Assembly: GCA_024280855.1 (NCBI GenBank)
Contig: JAJRPG010000022.1
Location: 11,010-75,009, forward strand
DNA length: 64,000 nucleotides
From: Planctomycetota bacterium
Lineage (GTDB): Bacteria > Planctomycetota > Phycisphaerae > UBA1845
Direction of reading: 5' to 3'
The stretch's first letter is position 1, and every line of letters starts with the position of its first letter. The notes beneath the pieces were generated by a model. It was given only the letters and a program-made list of their open reading frames with translations. It searched no databases and was not told where the DNA came from. This document shows positions 20,345-28,590 of this stretch, one piece after another. A program made the position numbers and the translations under genes.

Positions 20345-20974
20345 CTACTTTCTCGAAGGTTTTTTTTCTTCTGTCGGCGTAATGCTAAATAGCGACATCA
20401 CGCTATTCAAACCGCACGACTCGGCTCGTTGATAGTTTACGACAAGTCTTTTCAAGCGATTCGTTCCTGAAATGGTATAGGTAGTTGCTTCATGGGCATC
20501 CTTGGAAAGCACACGGTCCAGCACTTCGTACCGCACAGCGTTACGCGAATCACTCACCGGCTCAAGCTTGTAATGAATCATCCGCTTATCTTCGTTCCAC
20601 ACGCCCTTGGAGATAGTCGCTCCACCGCCTGTGCGATTATCAAACCAGACACCCTCGAAAGCTTTCGCAGTTTCGTTCCAAACAAATGTACCAACCGCCT
20701 TGTACAATTCATCTCCACTTTTAGTTGTATAGGTTCGCTCGATAGCATAGCCATCTAACACCCACACAATTTCTTCCGTTCCCTCGACCGTAGCAATGAC
20801 TTGACCAATCGCGTTATAGTGATGTTCCGTCACGTTCCACACGCCGGATAGTTGATCCAACACATCCCACATCGGGCCAGTAGGATAACCATCCGCCATC
20901 ACCAGCCGCTCAGCGTTTTTCACGCTGGTAGATTTCTTAGCCTTGGTATCTTGCTTGGATTCCTGGGCTGCCAA
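20345..20974 (-). CDS. DUF1579-like (lipocalin-fold) protein; 5' end separated from a signal-peptide ORF by a G13 tract
   Basis: 209-aa ORF that can only start at a TTG. An ATG-initiated leader (21050 downwards, MEMDDMRRVRIWLLGALCV) runs into the homopolymer and is out of frame by 1 nt. Family call is tentative (GVWNV...FEGVWFDNRTGG...KGVWNEDK pattern). Confidence 0.5.
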   Translation of the reverse strand: MAAQESKQDTKAKKSTSVKNAERLVMADGYPTGPMWDVLDQLSGVWNVTEHHYNAIGQVIATVEGTEEIVWVLDGYAIERTYTTKSGDELYKAVGTFVWNETAKAFEGVWFDNRTGGGATISKGVWNEDKRMIHYKLEPVSDSRNAVRYEVLDRVLSKDAHEATTYTISGTNRLKRLVVNYQRAESCGLNSVMSLFSITPTEEKKPSRK

Positions 20975-20981
20975 AGGGCCA

Positions 20982-20994
20982 CCCCCCCCCCCCC
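20982..20994. repeat. Homopolymer C13 (G13 on the coding strand)
   Basis: Counted directly: a-ccccccccccccc-a at 20981-20995. Confidence 0.95.
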
Positions 20995-21065
20995 ACGCAC
21001 AACGCCCCCAGTAACCATATTCGTACCCGCCGCATATCGTCCATCTCCATCGCCTAAGTCGCTTA

Positions 21066-21100
21066 TCAGAGCCGCACGGCGCAAGCCTGCGGGCCTACTC
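21066..21100 (+). repeat. GNRA-hairpin intergenic repeat, copy 1
   Basis: tcagagCCGCAcGGCgcaaGCCTGCGGgcctactc. 8-bp stem with one bulge and a GCAA loop. Starts 7 nt beyond the tkt stop. Confidence 0.8.
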
Positions 21101-21106
21101 GCCAGC

Positions 21107-23089
21107 TCAACCCTGAACCAGCGACGTCGCCTTCTCTAGGATATACGCTTCTCCCACGCCAACGTGCGTAAATACTTCTGCAGCGCTAATCGCTGATTTC
21201 GGCATCCGACGGGCAGTCATACCATGAACCCGCACATCACCACATGCCGCAGCCGCCTCAGCTAGCTCAGAATGTAAACCACCAATGTAATTATCTTCCA
21301 CCGTCAGAATTGTCCCACCGGCACTACGAGCAGCCGCAAGAATCGCATCCGCCTCCAGCGGCATGAGATAGACGTCAAAAACATTACACGCCACGCCCTG
21401 CTTCGCCAGCGTATCAGCCACCTGTAACACGGTATGCAACATGTACCCGCTACTCACCAGCGTTAGCTTATCACCTTTGCGTAGCTGCTTAAAACCTTCC
21501 AGCCCAAACGATTCGTTAAGATCATACAAAAACGGTGCGTCAGGCCGATGCGTTCGCATATAGCACATACCATCCACATTAGCCATCAACTCAACACATC
21601 GGTAAGCACTAATCGGATCACTAGGCTGAAACAAATGACAACCAATACGACCGCCGCCTGTATCCACCCGCGTCATACTTCTGAAAAATGCCACGTCCGT
21701 GACAGCCATCTGCGACGGACCATCAGCCCCTAAAGACACACCAGAGTGGGAGCCAACAATTTTAATATTAGCCCGAGAAATGGCCGCCATATCAATCTGA
21801 TCAGCCGCCCGTGCCACAAACTTTGCAAACGTACTCGCAAATGGAATCTTACCCGCCGCAGCCATTCCCGCCGCAGCTGTCACCATATGCTGCTCCGCAA
21901 TTTTACATTCAAAGAATCGATCGGCATGATGCTTTTGGAACATATTCGCAAACGTCGAATTACTGACGTCGCCATCCAAACAAACCACCCGCTTATCCAC
22001 ATCACCCAGCGCCACCAACGCAGCCCCATACGCCACTCGCGTCGCCAGCTTTTTCTTTTCTAACGCAGACTCCAAGCCCGCACGCTTCATCGCATCCTCA
22101 AACGAAGGCAGCGACACCTTGACAGCCGCTTCCGCTCGATTAATTGCCGACGGCGATTCTGGCGACCACGCTTCTGCCGCAGTGGCGCCAAGTTTCTCAC
22201 CCGTTTCTACCAACTGCGCACAAGCTTCATCAAGCTTATCTTTGGGGATTGGCTTACCATGAAAATTCGCCCCCAGCATCATATCCACGCCCCAGCCCTT
22301 CACTGTCCGCGCGATAATCGCCACCGGCTTATCCACCGTGCCAACCACATCCAACGCCTCAGCAATCTCAGCCGGGTTGTGCCCATCAATCTCAATCACA
22401 TGCCAACCGAACGCCTTCGTCTTAGCCGCTAATGCATCCGCAGATTGCTGCAACGAAACCGAATCCGCCTGACCGTGGCCATTACAACTAAAAATCGCAC
22501 AAACATTATGCAGCTTGTGGTCAACAACAAAGTCAGCCGCCTCCCAAACCTGCCCCTCGCGCGACTCGCCATCACCAATAACGCAGTAAACTTTCTTATG
22601 AATACCATCCAAACGAGCCGACAGCGCCAAACCCGCAGCCACAGAAAGCCCCTGCCCGAGCGAACCAGTCGCCGCATCGAAAAACGGGAACCCCTCAGCC
22701 GGGTTCGGATGGCCGTCCAGCAAACTATCCTGCTGGCGCAATTGCCATAAATCATCAACGGTAAGTTTTCGTGCCGAGCCCTTGTCAGTTCCGATCACGC
22801 CGCCAAGATCGGCATACGCAGCATAAACCGCCGGAACCGCATGGCCAATCGAAAGCACAAAGCGATCATTAGCCAAGCTCCAGGGATCGTTAAGATCGTA
22901 ACGCATCGTGCGGTACATCAGTTGCACCACAATATGAGAAATCGCCAGCGCACTAGACGGATGCCCAGAACCCGAAGCCGTCGTCATCCGCATCATATGT
23001 TGACCCAGCTCAATCGCTTTGGCATGGGCTGTCTGTACATCCGTCAAGGGTGTTTCCTCCGAAATAGGTGGCGTTTCCAACTGCGTCAT
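21107..23089 (-). CDS. tkt: Transketolase
   Basis: TPP motifs SGSGHPSSALA and GDGESREG, followed by pyrimidine-binding and C-terminal domains. The ORF is open to 23164; I prefer the start MTQLETPP at 23089. Confidence 0.9.
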   Translation of the reverse strand: MTQLETPPISEETPLTDVQTAHAKAIELGQHMMRMTTASGSGHPSSALAISHIVVQLMYRTMRYDLNDPWSLANDRFVLSIGHAVPAVYAAYADLGGVIGTDKGSARKLTVDDLWQLRQQDSLLDGHPNPAEGFPFFDAATGSLGQGLSVAAGLALSARLDGIHKKVYCVIGDGESREGQVWEAADFVVDHKLHNVCAIFSCNGHGQADSVSLQQSADALAAKTKAFGWHVIEIDGHNPAEIAEALDVVGTVDKPVAIIARTVKGWGVDMMLGANFHGKPIPKDKLDEACAQLVETGEKLGATAAEAWSPESPSAINRAEAAVKVSLPSFEDAMKRAGLESALEKKKLATRVAYGAALVALGDVDKRVVCLDGDVSNSTFANMFQKHHADRFFECKIAEQHMVTAAAGMAAAGKIPFASTFAKFVARAADQIDMAAISRANIKIVGSHSGVSLGADGPSQMAVTDVAFFRSMTRVDTGGGRIGCHLFQPSDPISAYRCVELMANVDGMCYMRTHRPDAPFLYDLNESFGLEGFKQLRKGDKLTLVSSGYMLHTVLQVADTLAKQGVACNVFDVYLMPLEADAILAAARSAGGTILTVEDNYIGGLHSELAEAAAACGDVRVHGMTARRMPKSAISAAEVFTHVGVGEAYILEKATSLVQG

Positions 23090-23285
23090 CAAAAGCTCCA
23101 ACGAGAGCAAGCTCTCACATCGTTTCCTAGCATCTCGACGCCAAAAATCACAAACCATCCACATGGTTCGACGACATCTTAGACAGGAAGATTAGCGAGG
23201 TTATGTGACTGGTTCAAGCCATGAAATGAAAGAGAGTGAGATCAGCCACAATCAACCCTGTGAATCGTCTTTTTTTCACAGGACG

Positions 23286-23323
23286 CAAGAACCGCAAGGC
23301 GTAAGCCCGCGGGCATTTCTTAC
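23286..23323 (+). repeat. GNRA-hairpin intergenic repeat, copy 2 (GTAA loop variant)
   Basis: caagaaCCGCaaGGCgtaaGCCcGCGGgcatttcttac. Confidence 0.7.
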
Positions 23324-23328
23324 CCAAA

Positions 23329-23366
23329 CCAGAGCCGCACGGCGCAAGCCTGCGGGCATGTCTTAC
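23329..23366 (+). repeat. GNRA-hairpin intergenic repeat, copy 3
   Basis: ccagagCCGCAcGGCgcaaGCCTGCGGgcatgtcttac. The core is identical to copy 1. Confidence 0.85.
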
Positions 23367-23387
23367 AAGATTCGCCCCCATGAACGT

Positions 23388-23416
23388 GGCCACCAGGCTT
23401 GCGCCAGGTGCTCTGA
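23388..23416 (-). repeat. GNRA-hairpin intergenic repeat, copy 4 (inverted)
   Basis: Its reverse complement tcagagCACCtGGCgcaaGCCtGGTGgcc matches copy 5 at 28 of 29 positions. Starts 7 nt beyond the enoyl-CoA hydratase stop. Confidence 0.85.
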
Positions 23417-23422
23417 CATCCA

Positions 23423-24223
23423 TCATTTCCCCGTAAACGTCGGCTTACGTTTTTCCAAAAACGCCGTCACCCCTTCACGATGATCCTGCGTCTGACCAGC
23501 CGTCGTCTGAAGCATAGCCTCATAATCCAACTGCTTCTCCAGATCGGCATTCCAGGAAGCATTGATAGCCCGCTTCGTCAGCCCAATCGCCTTCGGCGGC
23601 ATCCCAGCCATCTTCCCCGCGAGCTTCGCCGTCGCAGCTTTTAACTCGTCATCCGCGACAACCTGATTCACCAGACCAATCTGCAGCGCCGCATCCGACT
23701 TAACCTTCCGCCCCGAGCAGCATATCTCCATCGCCCTAGCCATCCCAATTAGTCGAGGCAACATAAACGTACTCGCACAATCCGGCACTAGCCCCACATG
23801 AATAAACGCCTCAACAAAACTAGCCGACTCACCAGCTACGCGTAGATCACACGCCAGCGCCAAACTACACCCCGCACCAGCAGCTACGCCGTTGACCGAA
23901 GCGATCACCAACTTCTCCATCGTGCGAATCTTGGTAATCATCGGGTTATACAAAGTCCGCAAACGGTTCCCCAACTCAATAGGCTCATCGCTCTCATATT
24001 GGCTAGCCACCTCAGCCAGGTCTTGCCCACTGCAAAAGGCCCGCCCGGCTCCGGTGATAACCAGGCATCGAACGGAGTCATCCTTATCCGCCCCGCGCAC
24101 AGCCTTGCCAAGTGCGACAAGCATTTGTTCATTATAAGCATTAAGCACGTCAGGCCGATTAAGCGTAATCGTCCGAACCCCGCTCTCATCACTAACCAAT
24201 AAAACCTCGTTGGAATCCGTCAC
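23423..24223 (-). CDS. Enoyl-CoA hydratase/isomerase (crotonase family)
   Basis: 266 aa. ITLNRPDVLNA, oxyanion-hole segments GAGRAFCSGQDL and VNGVAAGAGCSLALACD. Confidence 0.85.
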   Translation of the reverse strand: MTDSNEVLLVSDESGVRTITLNRPDVLNAYNEQMLVALGKAVRGADKDDSVRCLVITGAGRAFCSGQDLAEVASQYESDEPIELGNRLRTLYNPMITKIRTMEKLVIASVNGVAAGAGCSLALACDLRVAGESASFVEAFIHVGLVPDCASTFMLPRLIGMARAMEICCSGRKVKSDAALQIGLVNQVVADDELKAATAKLAGKMAGMPPKAIGLTKRAINASWNADLEKQLDYEAMLQTTAGQTQDHREGVTAFLEKRKPTFTGK

Positions 24224-24271
24224 GATAAAAACCTTTCGTTGTCATTAATGCACGTCGTAATTTCTTCGTAG

Positions 24272-24289
24272 GTCAGGCTATTGCCTGAC
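24272..24289. repeat. Perfect 7-bp hairpin gtcaggc-tatt-gcctgac
   Basis: Read directly. Lies in the 124-nt spacer at the high-GC/low-GC junction and has no U-tract. Confidence 0.7.
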
Positions 24290-24347
24290 GAATCCGCCTA
24301 GGGAAATCCTACGCCAAACTATGTTCGATGGCGAGAACAGAATCTAT

Positions 24348-24905
24348 TCAAATTTCAAATCTATTGCCATGAACTGTTCTTGTAGCCAAATCTATACTGA
24401 AATCATACCATTCATTACTAGGTGCTAGCCACGCCTGACCTAGAATTTTATCAGCCTGTATTTTAATGCCCCGGATTCCATCCCACGATATGCGTTCGCT
24501 AACCCAAATATCTCCAAGACCATTGTAAATTGCAATAGCAGTAAATGAAACGAATACGATTGCAGGTGTGGACTCAAACTGAAAAACATCCTGGACAGCA
24601 ATCGTTAAAACACGAAATTCAAGTGGTCGTAACGGATCTACCAGATAACCTTCTCCAGCTGATACAACACAAAGCACATCCGGATTCGGTGTTGAATATG
24701 CACCAGAAATACCTGATCCTTGAAAAAACTCACCTTCCCATCGCTTGCCGCCATGCGGTGTAATTTGAAGTGTATCTACAGCTAGATGGCTCTTACCTTC
24801 CCTGTCGTGTGAAATTCGATAAATCTGCTCAGGATCAATCGTCCTAAGCTGATAAGTCACTTCGTAATTAGCTGCAAACGCCTCTAAATGTACGTTATTT
24901 TCCAT
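24348..24905 (-). CDS. Hypothetical protein (beta-rich, no recognised motif)
   Basis: 185-aa ORF in a low-GC block. No competing ORF and no family recognised. Confidence 0.5.
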   Translation of the reverse strand: MENNVHLEAFAANYEVTYQLRTIDPEQIYRISHDREGKSHLAVDTLQITPHGGKRWEGEFFQGSGISGAYSTPNPDVLCVVSAGEGYLVDPLRPLEFRVLTIAVQDVFQFESTPAIVFVSFTAIAIYNGLGDIWVSERISWDGIRGIKIQADKILGQAWLAPSNEWYDFSIDLATRTVHGNRFEI

Positions 24906-25175
24906 AACTTATTTCCCACATAGCCATGCAAATTGAACAATTATTACCTACGATCATCGACTCCCCCATGTCCCAAAAGAAGGACATGGGCCACCAGACT
25001 AAACCAGCTTATTCTTTAGGCAGAAGATGGCAAATTAAATTTTTTGATGAAGTATCAGACAAGGCGGAAACCATTGGCTATAATGTTTTGAGCGGCATGA
25101 TGTTGAGTGAATCATGGCTAGTCAAGCAATAGATGGGGATCATTGCTTACGCTCTGTTTCTTTTGGGGGTCGAAC

Positions 25176-26267
25176 ATGTATAAACATTTCAACCTAACAC
25201 TAGCCGTAACCCATGCTTGTAACCTGAGATGCACTTATTGTTATACAGGGGCCAAGTTCAATCGCGTGATGACAGAACAGATAGGCCACGCAGCCATCAA
25301 TCGTGCAATGGCATCTATCCTCCCCGGTGGAACACTTTCGCTAGGTTTTTTTGGCGGTGAGCCATTACTCGAAGCCCAGCGCATTCAGTCCCTGATCGAT
25401 TTTGCGCGAAGCCAATCTTCGCATCATGGCATTAACTTAAAACTAAATATGACAACCAACGGCACTGTAACCAACGAAACCGCGTGGTCTATCATGACAA
25501 CGCCTGACATGGAACTGTCTATAAGTTGCGACGGGCCGCCACACTTGCACGACAAACACCGCGTAACGATTGATGGCCAAGGCACTTCTAAATGTGTAGA
25601 ACAAACACTAAGTCGCTTGACTTCGATGCCATTAGACTTTCATGTCATCTGCGTAGTTCGCCCTGACACCGTGAAGCATTTACCAGATACCATTGAGTAT
25701 TTCTATGATTTGGGCGTCACCAGTATCGAACCTTCATTGGACCTTTGGACATCGTGGACCACAGCAGACATCCAAAATCTGGAAATCGCCATTGGTCAAT
25801 GTGCCCAAATTTGGAAACGTGAATTGACACGACTGCGTATTGGGTGGTTTGATGAAAAAGCCGCACAACTGGCTCAAATCCCTATGGAATCAGGTGTTCA
25901 ATGCGGTTACGGCCAAGCGGAATTAGCCGTCTCCCCCTCAGGCCGGCTATACCCATGTGAACGCCTAATCGGAGAGGACGTCGAAAACCAAGAACCTTCC
26001 ATCCCCGGAAACGTATTAGTAGGTAAAGACTTTCTAAACATATACACTTCGCCAAGCCGAAACAAACATATTTGCGGCGAATGCGTATTGAGTTCAGATT
26101 GCAATACGATTTGTAGATGCAGCAATTACATCCGCACAGGTGACGTCAGCAAACCTGATGGCCTACTATGCGCATGGAACCAATCTTGTTTACAAGAGAC
26201 CGCCACGGCGATGCATAATCTTGTGCAACTTTCCGTATCTAGCTCAACTAAAGGAGAACCGCGATGA
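25176..26267 (+). CDS. Radical SAM enzyme with C-terminal SPASM domain (anSME/peptide-maturase-like)
   Basis: CNLRCTYCY (CxxxCxxC) at residues 15-23 counted from the ATG at 25176, with GGEPLLE. SPASM cysteines CGYGQ...YPCERL and CGECVLSSDCNTICRC. The ORF is open from a TTG at 25143. Confidence 0.85.
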   Translation: MYKHFNLTLAVTHACNLRCTYCYTGAKFNRVMTEQIGHAAINRAMASILPGGTLSLGFFGGEPLLEAQRIQSLIDFARSQSSHHGINLKLNMTTNGTVTNETAWSIMTTPDMELSISCDGPPHLHDKHRVTIDGQGTSKCVEQTLSRLTSMPLDFHVICVVRPDTVKHLPDTIEYFYDLGVTSIEPSLDLWTSWTTADIQNLEIAIGQCAQIWKRELTRLRIGWFDEKAAQLAQIPMESGVQCGYGQAELAVSPSGRLYPCERLIGEDVENQEPSIPGNVLVGKDFLNIYTSPSRNKHICGECVLSSDCNTICRCSNYIRTGDVSKPDGLLCAWNQSCLQETATAMHNLVQLSVSSSTKGEPR

Positions 26268-26575
26268 ACGATCAGGAACAAATCCAAAATGAAATTCAAA
26301 ATGCTCAACAAGCACCGCTTGCACCTAATCCAATCGTCAAGAAACCACTCTGGTATAGGCTTGTGCGGGGGACAGTGTTTGTTGCGATTGCTGGCGGCGG
26401 AGCGTTCACGCTACTTGCAGCGAGCATGACTCGTGCTAGAGGAGCAACGCAGTCCGCCAGGCTAAAATGGCAAACCCGCCAACAACAAGTAAACGCTGCA
26501 ATTGAACAAAATAATGTAGAAAATGATGACATTCATTCTAAACCCGTTGCAGATACGCCCAGAGTGGAATCGTGA
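26264..26575 (+). CDS. Single-pass membrane protein, translationally coupled to the radical SAM gene
   Basis: ATGA stop/start overlap. 103 aa with a Gln-rich N-terminus, one TM helix (GTVFVAIAGGGAFTLLAASM) and a polar tail. Confidence 0.55.
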   Translation: MNDQEQIQNEIQNAQQAPLAPNPIVKKPLWYRLVRGTVFVAIAGGGAFTLLAASMTRARGATQSARLKWQTRQQQVNAAIEQNNVENDDIHSKPVADTPRVES

Positions 26576-26646
26576 CCGTCCCGTGAATCTGACTAAAATT
26601 GGTGCTTTGATTAAATTTTCCACTGAGAAGAATTGAGAAAATACAG

Positions 26647-27222
26647 ATGCCCCGGCTAGCAATATCAAAACCTTTTCTACGCGGAGGCATTCGTTCTCTA
26701 TTTCGATTCATGCGCAATGCATTCGCAATAATTGGCCTAGTACTGGTGATTAATTATCTTTTTTTTGGCTTATCTATGGTGGTCTCGTCTTCCATGAAAC
26801 CAACGCTTCAGGGAGAAGGAGGACCAGGAAGTGATTGGCTACTATGCGAGAAATTCACCTATTGGTATCGATCACCGCAACGATGGGAAGTTGTCACATT
26901 CCGAAACGTAGATGGGCTATTTGTCGCCAAGCGTGTCGTGGGACTACCTGGCGAGGAAATATCATTAGACGACTTAAAGCCAGTCATCGACGGCACAAAA
27001 CTATTTCCGCCCAAGCCACTATCATTCTTACGATATTACGAATGGGGAAACCTAAACAACGGGAAGATAGCTGCCAGTGGTACAGGCTATTATGTGCTAG
27101 GTGACGATTCACGTGACTCAGCAGATAGTCGCTTTGACGGTCCCGTTCAGCCGGAAGACATTCAATCGAGAGCTTGGCTTAGGGTTTGGCCATGGCATAG
27201 AATCGGATTCGTCAATCCATAG
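26647..27222 (+). CDS. lepB: Signal peptidase I (S26A), short form
   Basis: N-terminal TM helix. Catalytic Ser box SSSMKPTL, Lys box AKRVVGLPGEEI, box E GDDSRDSADSR. Confidence 0.85.
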   Translation: MPRLAISKPFLRGGIRSLFRFMRNAFAIIGLVLVINYLFFGLSMVVSSSMKPTLQGEGGPGSDWLLCEKFTYWYRSPQRWEVVTFRNVDGLFVAKRVVGLPGEEISLDDLKPVIDGTKLFPPKPLSFLRYYEWGNLNNGKIAASGTGYYVLGDDSRDSADSRFDGPVQPEDIQSRAWLRVWPWHRIGFVNP

Positions 27223-27256
27223 ATATTCTATGCCGGTAGGCCCACCATCTTACTGG

Positions 27257-27712
27257 CTACTGCACCAACTCAAAATCAACCTCATACCTAAAATCACTAC
27301 CATCCGGCCTGGTCCCTATCAGCTCAAGCGAGTTAATCATTTTTTTCTCCTCGCTGCTGATGGCGTCTACCTGATTAAATTCGATGGTATGATGCGTTAG
27401 CCGCGGCGCTACCTGCTGCGTCGAAATGCCGATCATCTTTGTCGTACCTCTAGAAGGCCCTACATATTTTAGAAGATACATTCGGAACGCATCGGTATGT
27501 GGATGCACAAATGCCTTCGTAATACGCTGGAATTTCTCGCGGTCTACCTCAAGCTTCACGACAAGCGACTGCCCCTTAAACCTAGCCTCTACCACGCGCA
27601 CCTCTGGAATGACCGGCGAACGTTTCATGATAGCCACAGCGAGGACAGCCACTACCGCCAAGGTTATGGCTACTAACATCATTATAAAAATCCTGTTACG
27701 AGAGCGAATCAT
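27257..27712 (-). CDS. Membrane-anchored hypothetical protein
   Basis: 151 aa with an N-terminal TM anchor (IFIMMLVAITLAVVAVLAVAIM). 4-nt overlap with the upstream GNAT gene. Confidence 0.5.
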   Translation of the reverse strand: MIRSRNRIFIMMLVAITLAVVAVLAVAIMKRSPVIPEVRVVEARFKGQSLVVKLEVDREKFQRITKAFVHPHTDAFRMYLLKYVGPSRGTTKMIGISTQQVAPRLTHHTIEFNQVDAISSEEKKMINSLELIGTRPDGSDFRYEVDFELVQ

Positions 27713-28272
27713 TTATTTGGCCACTCACTTTTCAGCAATCCATAAAAAACCGTATCGCAAATCTCGTCCCCCACGAGCCATCTTTCTCTCAGGTATCCCT
27801 CGCGTTGGAATCCTAATTTTTCGAGTAGACGAATCGAGGCTTCGTTGCGTGGGTCTACATCCGCTTCAATACGATGCAGCTTTAGTTCTTCAAAGGAAAA
27901 TCCCAGTAAGCGTCGCAGCGCTTCCGTCATATAGCCCTGCCCCCAATGGTCTTGACGCAGGGCAAAGCCGATTTCCGCGCGGCGATTCTGAACATCAACT
28001 TCAGCCAATGTGCAAGTGCCGATGACAACGTCGTCGCTAAGACGAGCCACGCCCCACTGATAGAGCGAGCCTTTTGCAAAATATCGCCGCACACTCTCGA
28101 CCATCTCCACAGCCTCAGCCATGCCAGACCAAGGCGGCGAACTCCAATATCGCATCACCTGCGTGTCAGAAAATATCTCAAACAACGCCTCTGCATCGCG
28201 GTCTTCCAGCCACCGCAATGCTAGCCGCGATGCAGTAAGTGTAGGCAGCGTGTCACCTGTGATCATAGTCAT
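27709..28272 (-). CDS. GNAT N-acetyltransferase (RimJ/RimL-like)
   Basis: 187 aa. LRWLEDRDAEALFEIFSD, acetyl-CoA motif WGQGYMTEALRRLL, NEASIRLLEKLGFQREG. Confidence 0.8.
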   Translation of the reverse strand: MTMITGDTLPTLTASRLALRWLEDRDAEALFEIFSDTQVMRYWSSPPWSGMAEAVEMVESVRRYFAKGSLYQWGVARLSDDVVIGTCTLAEVDVQNRRAEIGFALRQDHWGQGYMTEALRRLLGFSFEELKLHRIEADVDPRNEASIRLLEKLGFQREGYLRERWLVGDEICDTVFYGLLKSEWPNK

Positions 28273-28590
28273 GAGTAAACTATCTTACGAGTTTCCAGAA
28301 CAGTCAACTCGCTTCGATTACTTTTTTGGCTACTAACCTTTTTTTTGCTAAGGCTCCAGCGAGTACGTTACTAAACGATGTGACACCGTTTTACCGAGCG
28401 GTAATGGCTATTGCGGAAATTCGGGCTGCGTATTCATTGGGCTTGTTCATGCTCAATAGTCAGACCTCGCGTGAGAATTCAGGTACTAGATCGTATCGCT
28501 CTGAGCAATGTAAATTTTTCGCTGTATATAAATATCGACAGGCATGACTGCCCAGGGTTGGCCTCTTGAAATTGATAAACGAACAAAACG

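Noticed and set aside
19677-20432. 164-aa minus-strand and 170-aa plus-strand ORFs overlapping the DUF456 gene.
   Set aside because: One is Met/Pro/Ser-rich and the other Arg/His-rich, both low complexity. The 19783-20328 frame gives four clean TM helices, so it is the coding frame.
23205-23483. 92-aa plus-strand ORF between tkt and the enoyl-CoA hydratase gene. Its sibling is the 82-aa ORF at 39802-40050 (minus strand).
   Set aside because: Both are built from the hairpin repeats and share the repeat-encoded peptide HQACARCSDI. They are Arg/Cys/Pro-rich with no start context, so they are repeat artefacts rather than genes.
27709-28272. GNAT gene considered as a TacT/AtaT-type toxin, with the overlapping 151-aa gene as antitoxin.
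   Set aside because: The motifs are RimJ/RimL-type. The partner is downstream, membrane-anchored and lacks an RHH/HTH fold, so the arrangement does not fit GNAT toxin-antitoxin modules.
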